Source: a virus (lineage: Duplodnaviria; Heunggongvirae; Uroviricota; Caudoviricetes). Taken from it: 39,096 nt of DNA. A program made the position numbers and the translations under genes. Positions 1 to 9,285 of this stretch are shown piece by piece (position 1 is the first letter of the stretch; every line of letters begins with the position of its first letter). Below the pieces are notes generated by a model. That model worked only from the letters and a program-made list of their open reading frames with translations, was not told the DNA's origin and did no database searches. The stretch lies in the IMG/VR virus record IMGVR_UViG_2851971941_000002. One strand, given 5' to 3'.

Positions 1-91
1 CACAACATCCGAGGACAGCAACACCCGATACTTTTTCCTGGCTTCCAGCAACGGGGTTTCTTCCTCCGTTGCATATACAGCTCACCTTTTT

Positions 92-385
92 TCACCCACG
101 ATTAACCAACAGCCAGACCAGCAGACACGCCACCACCGGCACAGCAAAATCCATCAGGCTTGCCACATCCCAAGCTCGCGGATCAAAACCGCCCCACCAC
201 GGCATATTCATTCGCTTGCCATGCCCGAACATTTCAATCCAGCGATATTCTGCCTGGGTATGTTCACGCGCAATGAAGAACGTACAACCGGCTATCGCTC
301 CGTAAGCCCAGTTTCCGGTAAAAAGACCAACCAGTATCTGCGCAGCCACAGCACAAAGTGCATGAAGTAAGGGGCTTATATCCAT
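92..385 (-). CDS. hypothetical small membrane protein (97 aa, about 3 hydrophobic segments)
   Basis: ORF track; AGGAGG Shine-Dalgarno (revcomp of 389-394) upstream of ATG at 385, overlapping the stop of the upstream ORF; hydrophobic stretches LLHALCAVAAQILVGLF and FAVPVVACLLVWLLV; last gene of the stf operon. Confidence 0.5.
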   Translation of the reverse strand: MDISPLLHALCAVAAQILVGLFTGNWAYGAIAGCTFFIAREHTQAEYRWIEMFGHGKRMNMPWWGGFDPRAWDVASLMDFAVPVVACLLVWLLVNRG

Positions 386-397
386 TATTTCCTCCTT

Positions 398-676
398 TCA
401 GCTCCATTCCCGAAGCGGTGTTTCCAGCTCCACGACATAATCAGAGAATACAGAAACATCAAACAAGTCATCAAGAATGCGAATGTTGACAAAATAACCA
501 TCATTCCGGATACAGACAGGTTCTCCCTCTTCTGTTACCCCTGTTTCTGTGTAGGTGAAACCAATTTCATCAACTAACAGTTTATTCTGGAGGTCTTCAT
601 CTTCCGCCCAGCCAAGAGATGACAGGAAGGCCTTAAACTGCAGTTTGTCATGAAACTTCAAAGTTAAATCTTTCAT
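398..676 (-). CDS. hypothetical small acidic protein (92 aa), translationally coupled to stf
   Basis: ORF track; its start overlaps the stf stop by 4 nt (ATGA); about 20 Asp/Glu versus about 8 Lys/Arg; no family recognised. Confidence 0.5.
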   Translation of the reverse strand: MKDLTLKFHDKLQFKAFLSSLGWAEDEDLQNKLLVDEIGFTYTETGVTEEGEPVCIRNDGYFVNIRILDDLFDVSVFSDYVVELETPLREWS

Positions 677-2733
677 ACGACCTCTTTTAATTGCCTGTCA
701 TTTAATTCTTTATGCCATATGCGGAAATTGCGAATATGGCCAAACAGATGTCGTTCTCCAGTATTCGTCTGCCCTCCAAATCGGATATTTTTATCAGCGG
801 TCACGCCATTATATTCACAATAAACTTCATTAACCGCTTTACCATTTGTCACCACATGAAAGTGACCATCAGCTTTTGCAATACATCCAAATGTGGTTTT
901 CTCTGCAAATACATCTGTCGCTGCGCTATTAACATACGAGCCTGAAGGGTTTGACAGACTCATATATAACTTACCACTACCTCTGTTGATTGCTGCAATT
1001 GCTGATTGCCCGGTATTGGCTGCTGCTATATCCCACACGCGGGGTGCGGCGTTTGGTGCAATATCCCAGTTTTTATGAATCTCAAGTAAAAAAGTAAATG
1101 GTAACTTATAAAGATTATTTCTGGTGGGGATACTAACCAAATCACTGGCTCTTGTCGTTGCGCTGCCTCCTGAAATAATAAATGATGATACACACGGCCC
1201 ATTCTCTACTTGTGGGGTGGCAAGATAAATATAGTCACCAGATACTGTTGCCCCACCCTGCCCAGGAGAATACTGTATCTGAGAGCCTATTTTTAACTCA
1301 CCATCAATTGCCTGAATCGTTGCCTCTGCAAAAATCCAGCCCGTGGTCTTATCCTTCCTGACTCGTGCCGTAATTCTGCCGGCAGCACCACCTGTCATAC
1401 TAATTTCAAGCGTTTGCGTATCAATGTACGCATCGCCAAGAAAAGTTGTTGCACTACCATCATACTTATCAAACCGTATACGTAACCTTACCTGTCGTTC
1501 TGTTTTAAAACGGCATGAGGTTGTCACGTACTTGTTATCGCCTGAGACATCAACTGACTTTGTTGCAGCAATTGATGCCATATTAATAGCCGAAGTTTGC
1601 CCAACCAGAGAATCGTTGCAGACAAACTTTCCATAAGTAAAACCAAAACTATCCGTCCCGGTTTCGGGCACATCCATGTTTGATGACTTCCCCCAGCTGG
1701 CTGGACTTTCCGAATTGAGCATGTAGTTCGTTCTTTGTCCCTCAATAAGCAGGCCATCACACTCAAATCGCGGCTCATTAATTTCCGCCGTTTTCAGTTC
1801 GCCAGATTTGTTGATATATGTTGCCGTTGATGCGCGACTGAAATTAACCTGTTTATCACTGGCGACCTGAACCACATCGTCACCAATAGCTATTTTTTTA
1901 TAGCCCGGAGAAAAACCCGCAATCATATCCAGTGAATCGTTAAACGGTATCCACACATCAGGCAGCGGCGGCACTATATTCGCACAGGGCTCTGCAGTCA
2001 CTTCCGCTGCGGCTTCTGCGCGGTCTGCCGCCTTTTCAGCTCGTGTCGCTGCCGACAGAGCCTCATCCTTTTTCTGCCCGGCCTTTGTTGCGTCTGCTGC
2101 GGCCTCCCGCGCTTTTGTGGTGGCGACTCCGGCATTTTCAGCGGCTGACTCTGCATTACGGCGGGAAGCCTCTTCACTGTCTGCGGAGGCTTCTTCTGAC
2201 GCACGGGCATTTGTCTCTGAACGTTCTGCCGCTGTTGCTGCGTTTTGTGCGGCTGTTTTTGAAGAAGCTGCCGCTTTCGCGCTGTTACCTGCATTCGTCT
2301 CTGATGTTTTCGCCGCGTTCCTGGACGATGCCGCTGCTGTTTCTGATTTCTTTGCTGCCGCTGCGCTCTGAGAGGCGGCTTCAGCGTTGCGTGCCGCCTC
2401 TTCCACCATCTTTTCAAAACGATACAGTGCCTCCGGACAAACATCATCTTCTGTTGCAGCGCCCAGAAAATCATTCAATGTCCCCGGCTTAGAATCCTCA
2501 TACACGGTGATGGTCCCGGCATGTGAAGGCGGAAAACCTTCAACCAGCAGGGCGACGCTGTACTGGCCATACTCAACATCCATGCTGTAACGTCCGGCTT
2601 CATCCGGATTTTCTGAGGCCACCGTGTTCACCACAACTGTGGTGCTGTTACGTTTTGCTTTCAGCTGGATTGTGCAGTTCTGTACCGGTTTTCCTGTGCC
2701 GTCTTTCAGTACACCTGAAATCTTTACTGCCAT
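673..2733 (-). CDS. stf: side tail fiber protein, lambda Stf-like N-terminus with a different C-terminal region
   Basis: N-terminus MAVKISGVLKDGTGKPVQNCTIQLKA...GFPPSHAGTITVYEDS matches lambda Stf as recalled; Ala/Ser-rich central region; C-terminal motif GHIRNFRIWHKELNDRQL resembles the end of ConA/LamG-like domains; ATG at 2733 chosen over the GTG at 2739 used by the ORF track. Confidence 0.85.
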   Translation of the reverse strand: MAVKISGVLKDGTGKPVQNCTIQLKAKRNSTTVVVNTVASENPDEAGRYSMDVEYGQYSVALLVEGFPPSHAGTITVYEDSKPGTLNDFLGAATEDDVCPEALYRFEKMVEEAARNAEAASQSAAAAKKSETAAASSRNAAKTSETNAGNSAKAAASSKTAAQNAATAAERSETNARASEEASADSEEASRRNAESAAENAGVATTKAREAAADATKAGQKKDEALSAATRAEKAADRAEAAAEVTAEPCANIVPPLPDVWIPFNDSLDMIAGFSPGYKKIAIGDDVVQVASDKQVNFSRASTATYINKSGELKTAEINEPRFECDGLLIEGQRTNYMLNSESPASWGKSSNMDVPETGTDSFGFTYGKFVCNDSLVGQTSAINMASIAATKSVDVSGDNKYVTTSCRFKTERQVRLRIRFDKYDGSATTFLGDAYIDTQTLEISMTGGAAGRITARVRKDKTTGWIFAEATIQAIDGELKIGSQIQYSPGQGGATVSGDYIYLATPQVENGPCVSSFIISGGSATTRASDLVSIPTRNNLYKLPFTFLLEIHKNWDIAPNAAPRVWDIAAANTGQSAIAAINRGSGKLYMSLSNPSGSYVNSAATDVFAEKTTFGCIAKADGHFHVVTNGKAVNEVYCEYNGVTADKNIRFGGQTNTGERHLFGHIRNFRIWHKELNDRQLKEVV

Positions 2734-2742
2734 ATTCACCCC

Positions 2743-2771
2743 ACAAAAAAGCCCGCCTGAACCGGCGGGCT
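2743..2771 (-). terminator. candidate rho-independent terminator between lom and stf
   Basis: On the minus strand, stem AGCCCGCCG / CGGCGGGCT followed by TTTTTTGTGGGG. Confidence 0.5.
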
Positions 2772-2797
2772 GTCATAACACTGTGTTACCTGGCTAA

Positions 2798-3397
2798 TCA
2801 GAACTTATAACCGACACCCACGATGAAACCGTCAGTGCGCCAGTCGCCACTGCCGGAGCCTTCATAAGCAATATCAATGGCCACGGATTCGGTCGGGTTA
2901 AACTGCACGCCAGCTCCCCACGCCAGAGACGTGTTGCTGTGGCGACCGTCATCACTTCCGGTCAGCACGTCGTGCGTTTTCCCCTTGTTGTCAGTTACGC
3001 GGAGATAATCCCCGGAGAAAGTCGACACACGGCTGTAAGCCATACCCGCCATCGCATACGCGCTGAACCATTCATTCACGCGCACAGACGGCCCCACCAT
3101 CACGCTGAACCAGCGGTTACGCACGGAATCTTCATGCCAGCGGGTATCGCTGTAACGGGTAAGCTGGCGATTCTTGTCTCCTGCATAGCTGAATGACGTC
3201 ACCAGCCCCAGTGTGTCCGTAAACTCATAACGGTATTTCACGTTAATCCCGTTAAGATCATCGCTGCCGGGAACGTTCGTCGAGGCATGAAGATACCCCG
3301 CGCTCAGCGTGGACTGATGTTCAGATGCCCATGCAGGCGCACCGGATACGGCCAGACAAATGGCTGCGGACAAAATGGCGGCATAAAGTTTACGCAT
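2798..3397 (-). CDS. lom: Lom-like outer membrane protein (Ail/Lom/PagC family)
   Basis: Signal peptide [40 protein letters not shown] and C-terminal [25 protein letters not shown] match lambda Lom as recalled; position between J and stf as in lambda. Confidence 0.9.
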
Positions 3398-3420
3398 AAT
3401 TACCTCTCGCTTTTCTGCAA

Positions 3421-3446
3421 TAAAAAAGGCACCATTTCTGGTGCCC
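3421..3446 (-). terminator. rho-independent terminator downstream of J
   Basis: On the minus strand, stem GGCACCA-GAAA-TGGTGCC followed by TTTTTTATT. Confidence 0.6.
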
Positions 3447-3466
3447 TTATATGGGTTATAACAATT

Positions 3467-6400
3467 TCAACGAATACTGATGCCGGAAGCGGCTTTTTTG
3501 GTCACAATCACCGTACAGTCGGTGATATTACCTGCCCACTGATTGCCTTTATGGAAAACCTTAAACTCCAGAGTGACGCTTCCCCTGCCACTCGGCATAT
3601 CAATAACCGCACTGTAGCTACCGGGAATGGCCCCTTTAGTTTCTCTGGATGCGATTAATACACCGTTTTTGCGAACTTCAAAACCATAACCCGTGTATCT
3701 TGTACCTCCCGGGTTATTACCACTTCCCGGATCGCTATACGCTATTCCGTTAAAGATAATGGGCGGAATAATGATTTGACGGTCAAAGTTATGATCATCG
3801 CTGATGGTGACTGTAACCGTCCCGTTTGGTGTTTCCGTGTTACCCCACGTACCAGCCTGTTTCGGAAATGATTTGGATACAGCTTTAACGAAGTCACCTC
3901 TGACCTGAGTCGCCTCCAGCATGCCCTTAATCGTACAGTTTTCATTTACCGTGACATTGTTGAGCGTCCCGGCGTTCGCATTCACACTGCCACTGATATC
4001 CGCATTTTTAGCGGTCAGCTTTCCGTCTGATGTCAGGGAAAATACCGGAGGACTGCCACCACTGGTAATGGTGGGGGCCGTCAGGCGCTTCAGGAACACG
4101 TCGTTCATGAATATCTGATTGCCCTGCGCCACAAACATCGGCGTTTCATTCCCGTTTGCCGGGTCAATAAATGCGATACGGTTAGCGGCAACCAGAAACT
4201 GACTCAGTTTGCCTTCCTCCGTGTCCTCCATGCTGAGGCCAATACCCGCGACATAATGTTTGCCGTCTTTGGTCTGCTCAATTTTGACGCCCCACATGGC
4301 ATTCCACTTATCGTTGGCGTCCTTCCACTCTTTCGAAAACTCCTCCAGTCTGCTGGCGTTATCCTCCGTCAGCTCGACTTTTTCCAGCAGCTCCTTGCCG
4401 AGATGGGATTCGGTTATCTTGCCTTTGAAAAAATCCAGGTAACCTTCCGCATCATCGCTCGCCCGACCGACGGCCTCCACGAATGCCGATTTGCCAACGG
4501 TGTTCACACTGCGGATATAAAAGTAATAATCATGGCCCGGTTTGATATTGATACTGGCGGCTATCCAGTACAGCGCCGTACCAAGATAGCGGGCTGTGGT
4601 TTCAACCTGCCTGATATCGGTAATCCGCTTTTCCGAGAACCAGAACTCAAACTGTACCGTCGGGTCATAAACGGCAAGATGCGGCGTGGCGGTTATCTGA
4701 AAATAGCCCGGCGTCAGCTCAATCCTCGACGGTGCTGCCGGTGCGGCAATCCGGAACGATACCGACGCCGGATCGCCCTGCTGCCCCCACGCATTTACCG
4801 CCCGGACTGTCAGCCTGTAGTTCCCCAGCGCCAGTTGCCTGAAGCGGTATGTGGTTTCCGTCGTCCGGGCCGTGCTGACCAGCCGCTCACTGCCGTCATC
4901 CGCTGTTACGGTCAGACGGAGCAGGAAGCTCACGCCCTTCACCACCTTCGGCGTGTCCCAGCGCGCCAGCACCTGATATTCCCCGCTGTCTGCGGTGACT
5001 TCGGCGGTCAGGTGCTGCACCGCTGGCGGCGTGACACCATTCACCGTGCCGCTCTGGTCGCCGTCAAAGTACGCCCCGTTATCCACGATGGCCTCTTTTT
5101 CCGGTACATGCTGCACGGCGGTGATGGCATACGTGCCGTCGTCGTTCTCACGGATACTCACGCAGCGGAACAGGCGCTGGCGCAGCGTCGGCAGCTTCAG
5201 CCCCCACACGCTGTATTCAGCAACACCGTCAGGAACACGGCTCACTTTCACCTTCACGCCGTCGGTGACGGACTGAACCTCCACGCTGATCGGATTGCCA
5301 CTTCCGTCAACCAGGCTTATCAGCGTGGTACCGGAGGATGGCAGCGTGATTTCACGGTCGAGCGTCAGCGTCCGGGTCTGGCTGTTTACCGCCAGCACGC
5401 GCCCGCCGATGCTGATACCGGCATAGTCATCATCACAGATTTCAATGACATCGCCCGGCACATGGCGAAGCCCTTCTGCGCCCACGCAGAAGTCCACGGT
5501 CTGCGTTTCCAGCAGTTCTGTTTTAATCAGCCACAGCCCGGCGCGGTGTGCCTGCCCCCGGCTGGTACAGCCAAAAGCATCCATCTTCGTGACGTTACGA
5601 CCGTAACGGGCAATGGCCTGCGTATCCTCCACAAGCTCTGTCGCCGTCTCCCAGCCGTTGTTCGGGTCAATCCAGTTCACCTCAACGGCATTATGGCGGT
5701 CTTTCAGGGCGCTGAAACTGTAGCGGAACGGCGCGCCATCATCCGGCATCACCACATTACTGCGGTTATAGGTCCACACCTTATCCGACGGTCGGTCCTG
5801 CACGAACGTCAGCGTCTGCCCGTTCCATACCGGCATACAGCGCATCGCCGAGCAGAAATCACTGAGCACATCCCACGCCTTGCGCTGTGTGGTCAGGTAC
5901 GCATTACAGGTGATGCGCGGCTCCGTGCCGCCAAAGCCGTCCGGCACTGACTGGTCGCAGTACTGGCCGATGACATACAGCGCCCATTTGTCCACATCCG
6001 CCGCACCAAGACGTTTCCCCATGCCGTAGCGTGGATGGGTCAGCATATCCCACAGACACCAGGCCATGTTATTGCTGTATGCTGGCTTAAACGTTCCGTC
6101 CCAGATACCGCTGTATTGCCGCGTCTGCGGGTTATAGTTCGACGGCACCTGCAGAATACGCCCGCGCAGATGATAATTACGGCTCACCTGCTGGCTGCCG
6201 AACTGCTCCGAATCCACCTGTACGCCGACCAGTGCCGTGTTCGGGTAGCACTGTTTCACATCGATGATTTCGGTGTATGACGACCAGAGCGTTTTGTTCT
6301 GCAGCTGGTCTGTGGTGCTGTCCGGCGTCATCCTGCGCATCCGGATATTGAACGGGCGCGGCGGCAGGTTACCCACCACCACCGAGGCCAGATACTGTGA

Positions 6401-6880
6401 GGTGGTTTTGCCTTTAATGGTGATGTCTTTTTCCGTCACCCAGCCACCGTTACGCTGTATCTGAACCAGCAGGCGGACTTCCGACGGATTCCGGTCCCCC
6501 TTTGAGGTGGTTTCCACCAGTGCCTGCACACCGAAGGTAAAGCGCAGACGGTCGATGTTTGCAGACGTGATGGTCCGGGTAATCGGCGTGTCGTACTTCA
6601 CTTCCGTACCCAGCACCGTCTCGGAGCCGGAGGATTCAAATCCCTCCGGCGGTGTCTGCTCCTGCTCACCTGCCCGGAAAACCACCGTGACACCGGAGAT
6701 ATTGGTATTCCCCTCACTGTCCAGCACTGGCGTACTGTTCAGCAGCACACTTTTTAATCCGTCCACCGGACCTTCAATCGGCCCTTCACTGATGGCGTCT
6801 ATCACGCTCAGCATCTGGGATGATTTCAGGTTGTCCTTCGCTTCGCGCGGGGTATGCCCCTTACTGCTGCCTTTACCCAT
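3467..6880 (-). CDS. J: tail tip / host specificity protein J
   Basis: 1137 aa; N-terminus [41 protein letters not shown] matches lambda J as recalled; lambda gene order. Confidence 0.95.
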   Translation of the reverse strand: MGKGSSKGHTPREAKDNLKSSQMLSVIDAISEGPIEGPVDGLKSVLLNSTPVLDSEGNTNISGVTVVFRAGEQEQTPPEGFESSGSETVLGTEVKYDTPITRTITSANIDRLRFTFGVQALVETTSKGDRNPSEVRLLVQIQRNGGWVTEKDITIKGKTTSQYLASVVVGNLPPRPFNIRMRRMTPDSTTDQLQNKTLWSSYTEIIDVKQCYPNTALVGVQVDSEQFGSQQVSRNYHLRGRILQVPSNYNPQTRQYSGIWDGTFKPAYSNNMAWCLWDMLTHPRYGMGKRLGAADVDKWALYVIGQYCDQSVPDGFGGTEPRITCNAYLTTQRKAWDVLSDFCSAMRCMPVWNGQTLTFVQDRPSDKVWTYNRSNVVMPDDGAPFRYSFSALKDRHNAVEVNWIDPNNGWETATELVEDTQAIARYGRNVTKMDAFGCTSRGQAHRAGLWLIKTELLETQTVDFCVGAEGLRHVPGDVIEICDDDYAGISIGGRVLAVNSQTRTLTLDREITLPSSGTTLISLVDGSGNPISVEVQSVTDGVKVKVSRVPDGVAEYSVWGLKLPTLRQRLFRCVSIRENDDGTYAITAVQHVPEKEAIVDNGAYFDGDQSGTVNGVTPPAVQHLTAEVTADSGEYQVLARWDTPKVVKGVSFLLRLTVTADDGSERLVSTARTTETTYRFRQLALGNYRLTVRAVNAWGQQGDPASVSFRIAAPAAPSRIELTPGYFQITATPHLAVYDPTVQFEFWFSEKRITDIRQVETTARYLGTALYWIAASINIKPGHDYYFYIRSVNTVGKSAFVEAVGRASDDAEGYLDFFKGKITESHLGKELLEKVELTEDNASRLEEFSKEWKDANDKWNAMWGVKIEQTKDGKHYVAGIGLSMEDTEEGKLSQFLVAANRIAFIDPANGNETPMFVAQGNQIFMNDVFLKRLTAPTITSGGSPPVFSLTSDGKLTAKNADISGSVNANAGTLNNVTVNENCTIKGMLEATQVRGDFVKAVSKSFPKQAGTWGNTETPNGTVTVTISDDHNFDRQIIIPPIIFNGIAYSDPGSGNNPGGTRYTGYGFEVRKNGVLIASRETKGAIPGSYSAVIDMPSGRGSVTLEFKVFHKGNQWAGNITDCTVIVTKKAASGISIR

Positions 6881-6940
6881 TCCTCACGCTCCAGAAACGA
6901 CAAAACCGCCCTGAGGCGGTTTCACATAAAACGTTTTTCA

Positions 6941-7612
6941 TCAACGACCAATCACCACAACCTGACCACCGTCCCCCTCGTCTGCCGTGCTGATCTCCTG
7001 AGAAGCCACCCGCGACCCCACGCGCATTTCACCGTACAGAACAGGCAGAACATTGCCCTGGGCAACCATGTTATCCAGTGAGGAGAAATAGGTGTTCTGC
7101 TTACCGTTATCCGTTGTCTGTGTACGGGGAGTTCTAGCTTTCGGTGCCAGCATCTGCGCCACACCACCAAGTACCATACTGGCACCGAGAGAAAACAGGA
7201 TACCGGTCATACCACCGGCCCCAATGGCTGCCCCCCATGCTGCAAGGGTGGCTCCGGCAGTAAAGAATGATCCGGCAATGGCGGTAGCCCCCAGAACAAT
7301 CTGGAATACGCCCCCTGACTTGGCCCCGGCGACTCTGGGAACAATATGAATCACAGCGCCGTCAGGCAGAACCTCATGTAACTGCGCCGTCAATCCGGAC
7401 GTGCTGACGTCCCGCCCGGCAATCCGTACCTGATACCAGCCGTCGCTCAGTTTCTGACGAAACGCCGGGAGCTGTGTGGCCAGCGCCCGGATGGCTTCAG
7501 CCCCCGTTTTCACACGAAGGTCGATGCGGCGGCCAAATCGTTGTAAATCCCCGTAAAGGCAGATGCGCGCCATGCCCGGTGACGCCAGAGGGAGTGTGTG
7601 CGTCGCTGCCAT
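6941..7612 (-). CDS. I: tail tip assembly protein I
   Basis: 223 aa; MAATHTLPLASPGMARICLYGDLQRFGRRIDLRVKTGAEAIRALATQLPAFRQK matches lambda I as recalled; overlaps the 3' end of K as in lambda. Confidence 0.95.
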   Translation of the reverse strand: MAATHTLPLASPGMARICLYGDLQRFGRRIDLRVKTGAEAIRALATQLPAFRQKLSDGWYQVRIAGRDVSTSGLTAQLHEVLPDGAVIHIVPRVAGAKSGGVFQIVLGATAIAGSFFTAGATLAAWGAAIGAGGMTGILFSLGASMVLGGVAQMLAPKARTPRTQTTDNGKQNTYFSSLDNMVAQGNVLPVLYGEMRVGSRVASQEISTADEGDGGQVVVIGR

Positions 7613-8253
7613 TTGTCGGTATACCTCTCTCGTTTGCTCAGTTGTTCAGGAATATGGTGCAGCAGCTCGCCATCACCACAGTAAATGGCGGCATGATTCG
7701 GCACCGATGAACCAAAACAGCACAGCAGCACATCGCCCGGTTGTGCTGATGACAACGGCACCTGATACAGCCCTGTGGCCTCCAGATTATCCAGATAGAG
7801 ATTCTGACCGTGACGCCACCAGTCATCCCCGCGATGAAAATCCGGCATCTCAATCCCCGCCAGATGATAAGCATCCCGGAACAGCGTGTAACAGTCCGTC
7901 ACCCCGTGCTCAAAGCGCCGCCCGGTAAGATGCGGCACACAGCGGAATTTATGAATCTCACCCCGGCAGACCAGCCACCACGGCAAATCGCTCTGCACCT
8001 GCAGCCGCCTGTCAGCCTCACTCAGCCAGGGCAGACCACCGGGGTGGCTGTGGACCAGCGCCACAATCTCACCCTGCATTTCTGCCCGCAGCCAGTCCTC
8101 CGGCGACATCCGGAAATACGCCTCCGGCTCACCGGAGATATTCACGCAGGGAAAATATCTTTCCCCCTTCGGCGTTCTCACCACGAAGCCACACGACTCC
8201 GCTGGCGCACATCGCCGGGCGTGCGCCAGAATCGCTGATTCTGTCTGTGTCAT
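7510..8253 (-). CDS. K: tail tip assembly protein K (JAB/MPN plus NlpC/P60-like)
   Basis: MTQTESAILAHARRCAPAESCGFVV...HSHPGG matches lambda K as recalled; ATG at 8253 sits 4 nt after the L stop; the ORF-track start at 8295 overlaps L and is probably an artefact. Confidence 0.9.
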   Translation of the reverse strand: MTQTESAILAHARRCAPAESCGFVVRTPKGERYFPCVNISGEPEAYFRMSPEDWLRAEMQGEIVALVHSHPGGLPWLSEADRRLQVQSDLPWWLVCRGEIHKFRCVPHLTGRRFEHGVTDCYTLFRDAYHLAGIEMPDFHRGDDWWRHGQNLYLDNLEATGLYQVPLSSAQPGDVLLCCFGSSVPNHAAIYCGDGELLHHIPEQLSKRERYTDKWQRRTHSLWRHRAWRASAFTGIYNDLAAASTFV

Positions 8254-8257
8254 GGGA

Positions 8258-8956
8258 TTACTGCGAAAGTTTGTTAATGGAAAGGAAGCCGCCAAAGTTG
8301 CCGACGTTATTGCGGAACTTACAACCGCTCAGGCATTTGCTGCATTTATCCTTCGTGATATCGGACGTTGGCTGGTCATATTCATCCGCGACAGCCGGAC
8401 CGCTATAACCGCACTCGTCACCGCGATAGGTCCAGGTGCAGGTGTTGGCCAGCATGATACGTCCCGGAAAAACAGCGCCATCCGTTTCCGTCGGCGTGGA
8501 CAGTACAAAGGAGGCACTCACCGCGCTCAGTTCGCTGCACTGCTCAATGCGCCAGCGGCTGATCACCTCCTGCTCCGGATCGGCATAACTGTTTCCGTTG
8601 ACGAAGTTCACCGCATCCAGAAAACGGGCGTAAACCTTACGCCGGACCACCGTTCCGCCGACCAGACTCTGCAGATCTTCCGCCATCCCGGTGACCATAC
8701 CGTACAGGTTAGAAACCGTCAGCGTGGGGCGCGTACTGGTGCCTTTGCCATTCAGTTCAAAACCGCTCCCCTGAATGGGATACGGCTGATACTGTCGCCC
8801 CTGCCAGGTGACCGGCTCACCTTTTTCGTTCTGCTCATTACAGAAAAAATAACGTTCTCCACCGACCTCTGTCAGGTCGATTTCCCAGAGCACCACGCTG
8901 GCCGACTGCTCCGCACGGGTGCATTCATTCAGTGTTTCCTGCCGGATATCCTGCAT
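8258..8956 (-). CDS. L: tail tip protein L
   Basis: 232 aa; MQDIRQETLNECTRAEQSASVVLWEIDLTEVGGERYFFCNEQNEKGEPVTWQGRQYQPYPIQGSGFELNGKG matches lambda L as recalled. Confidence 0.95.
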   Translation of the reverse strand: MQDIRQETLNECTRAEQSASVVLWEIDLTEVGGERYFFCNEQNEKGEPVTWQGRQYQPYPIQGSGFELNGKGTSTRPTLTVSNLYGMVTGMAEDLQSLVGGTVVRRKVYARFLDAVNFVNGNSYADPEQEVISRWRIEQCSELSAVSASFVLSTPTETDGAVFPGRIMLANTCTWTYRGDECGYSGPAVADEYDQPTSDITKDKCSKCLSGCKFRNNVGNFGGFLSINKLSQ

Positions 8957-9285
8957 CAGTTCACCACCTGTTCAAACTCTGCGCTGAACTCAACACGCAG
9001 CATACTGACCCGCGACGACCATTTTGCGCAGGTCACCTTTATCTGCCGCCACTCATAAGGCGGCGTCCACAGAAAGGATTTCCAGCCCCCGTGCTCTTCC
9101 AGAAACGACTCCAGTACCGTGGCCTCCTCACGGGGGACAGAAAGCGTCACGCTGTACGTTTTCAGGTTGGCATTCAGCCCGGCAGGCGCTCGCTGAGAAT
9201 AGCCATCACCAAAGCGCACCTTTCTTACAGAAGGGACCGAAGCCACATCCATACCGGGTTTCACTTTCCAGCGGAAGGTCTTCAT
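8956..9285 (-). CDS. M: tail tip protein M
   Basis: 109 aa; MKTFRWKVKPGMDVASVPSVRKVRFGDGYSQRAPAGLNANLKTYSVTLSVP matches lambda M as recalled. Confidence 0.95.
   Translation of the reverse strand: MKTFRWKVKPGMDVASVPSVRKVRFGDGYSQRAPAGLNANLKTYSVTLSVPREEATVLESFLEEHGGWKSFLWTPPYEWRQIKVTCAKWSSRVSMLRVEFSAEFEQVVN

Noticed and set aside
1998-2492. Overlapping ORFs on both strands inside stf (158 aa minus, 149 aa and 84 aa plus)
   Set aside because: Alternative frames of the Ala/Ser-rich repetitive segment of stf; the stf frame is the only one continuous with the conserved N-terminus.
4256-5950. 564-aa ORF on the plus strand inside J
   Set aside because: Lies antisense to the strongly supported J gene; Arg/Pro/His-rich low-complexity translation typical of shadow ORFs.
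8252-9058. 268-aa plus-strand ORF and other long plus-strand ORFs across L, M and K
   Set aside because: Antisense to conserved tail genes; no independent support.
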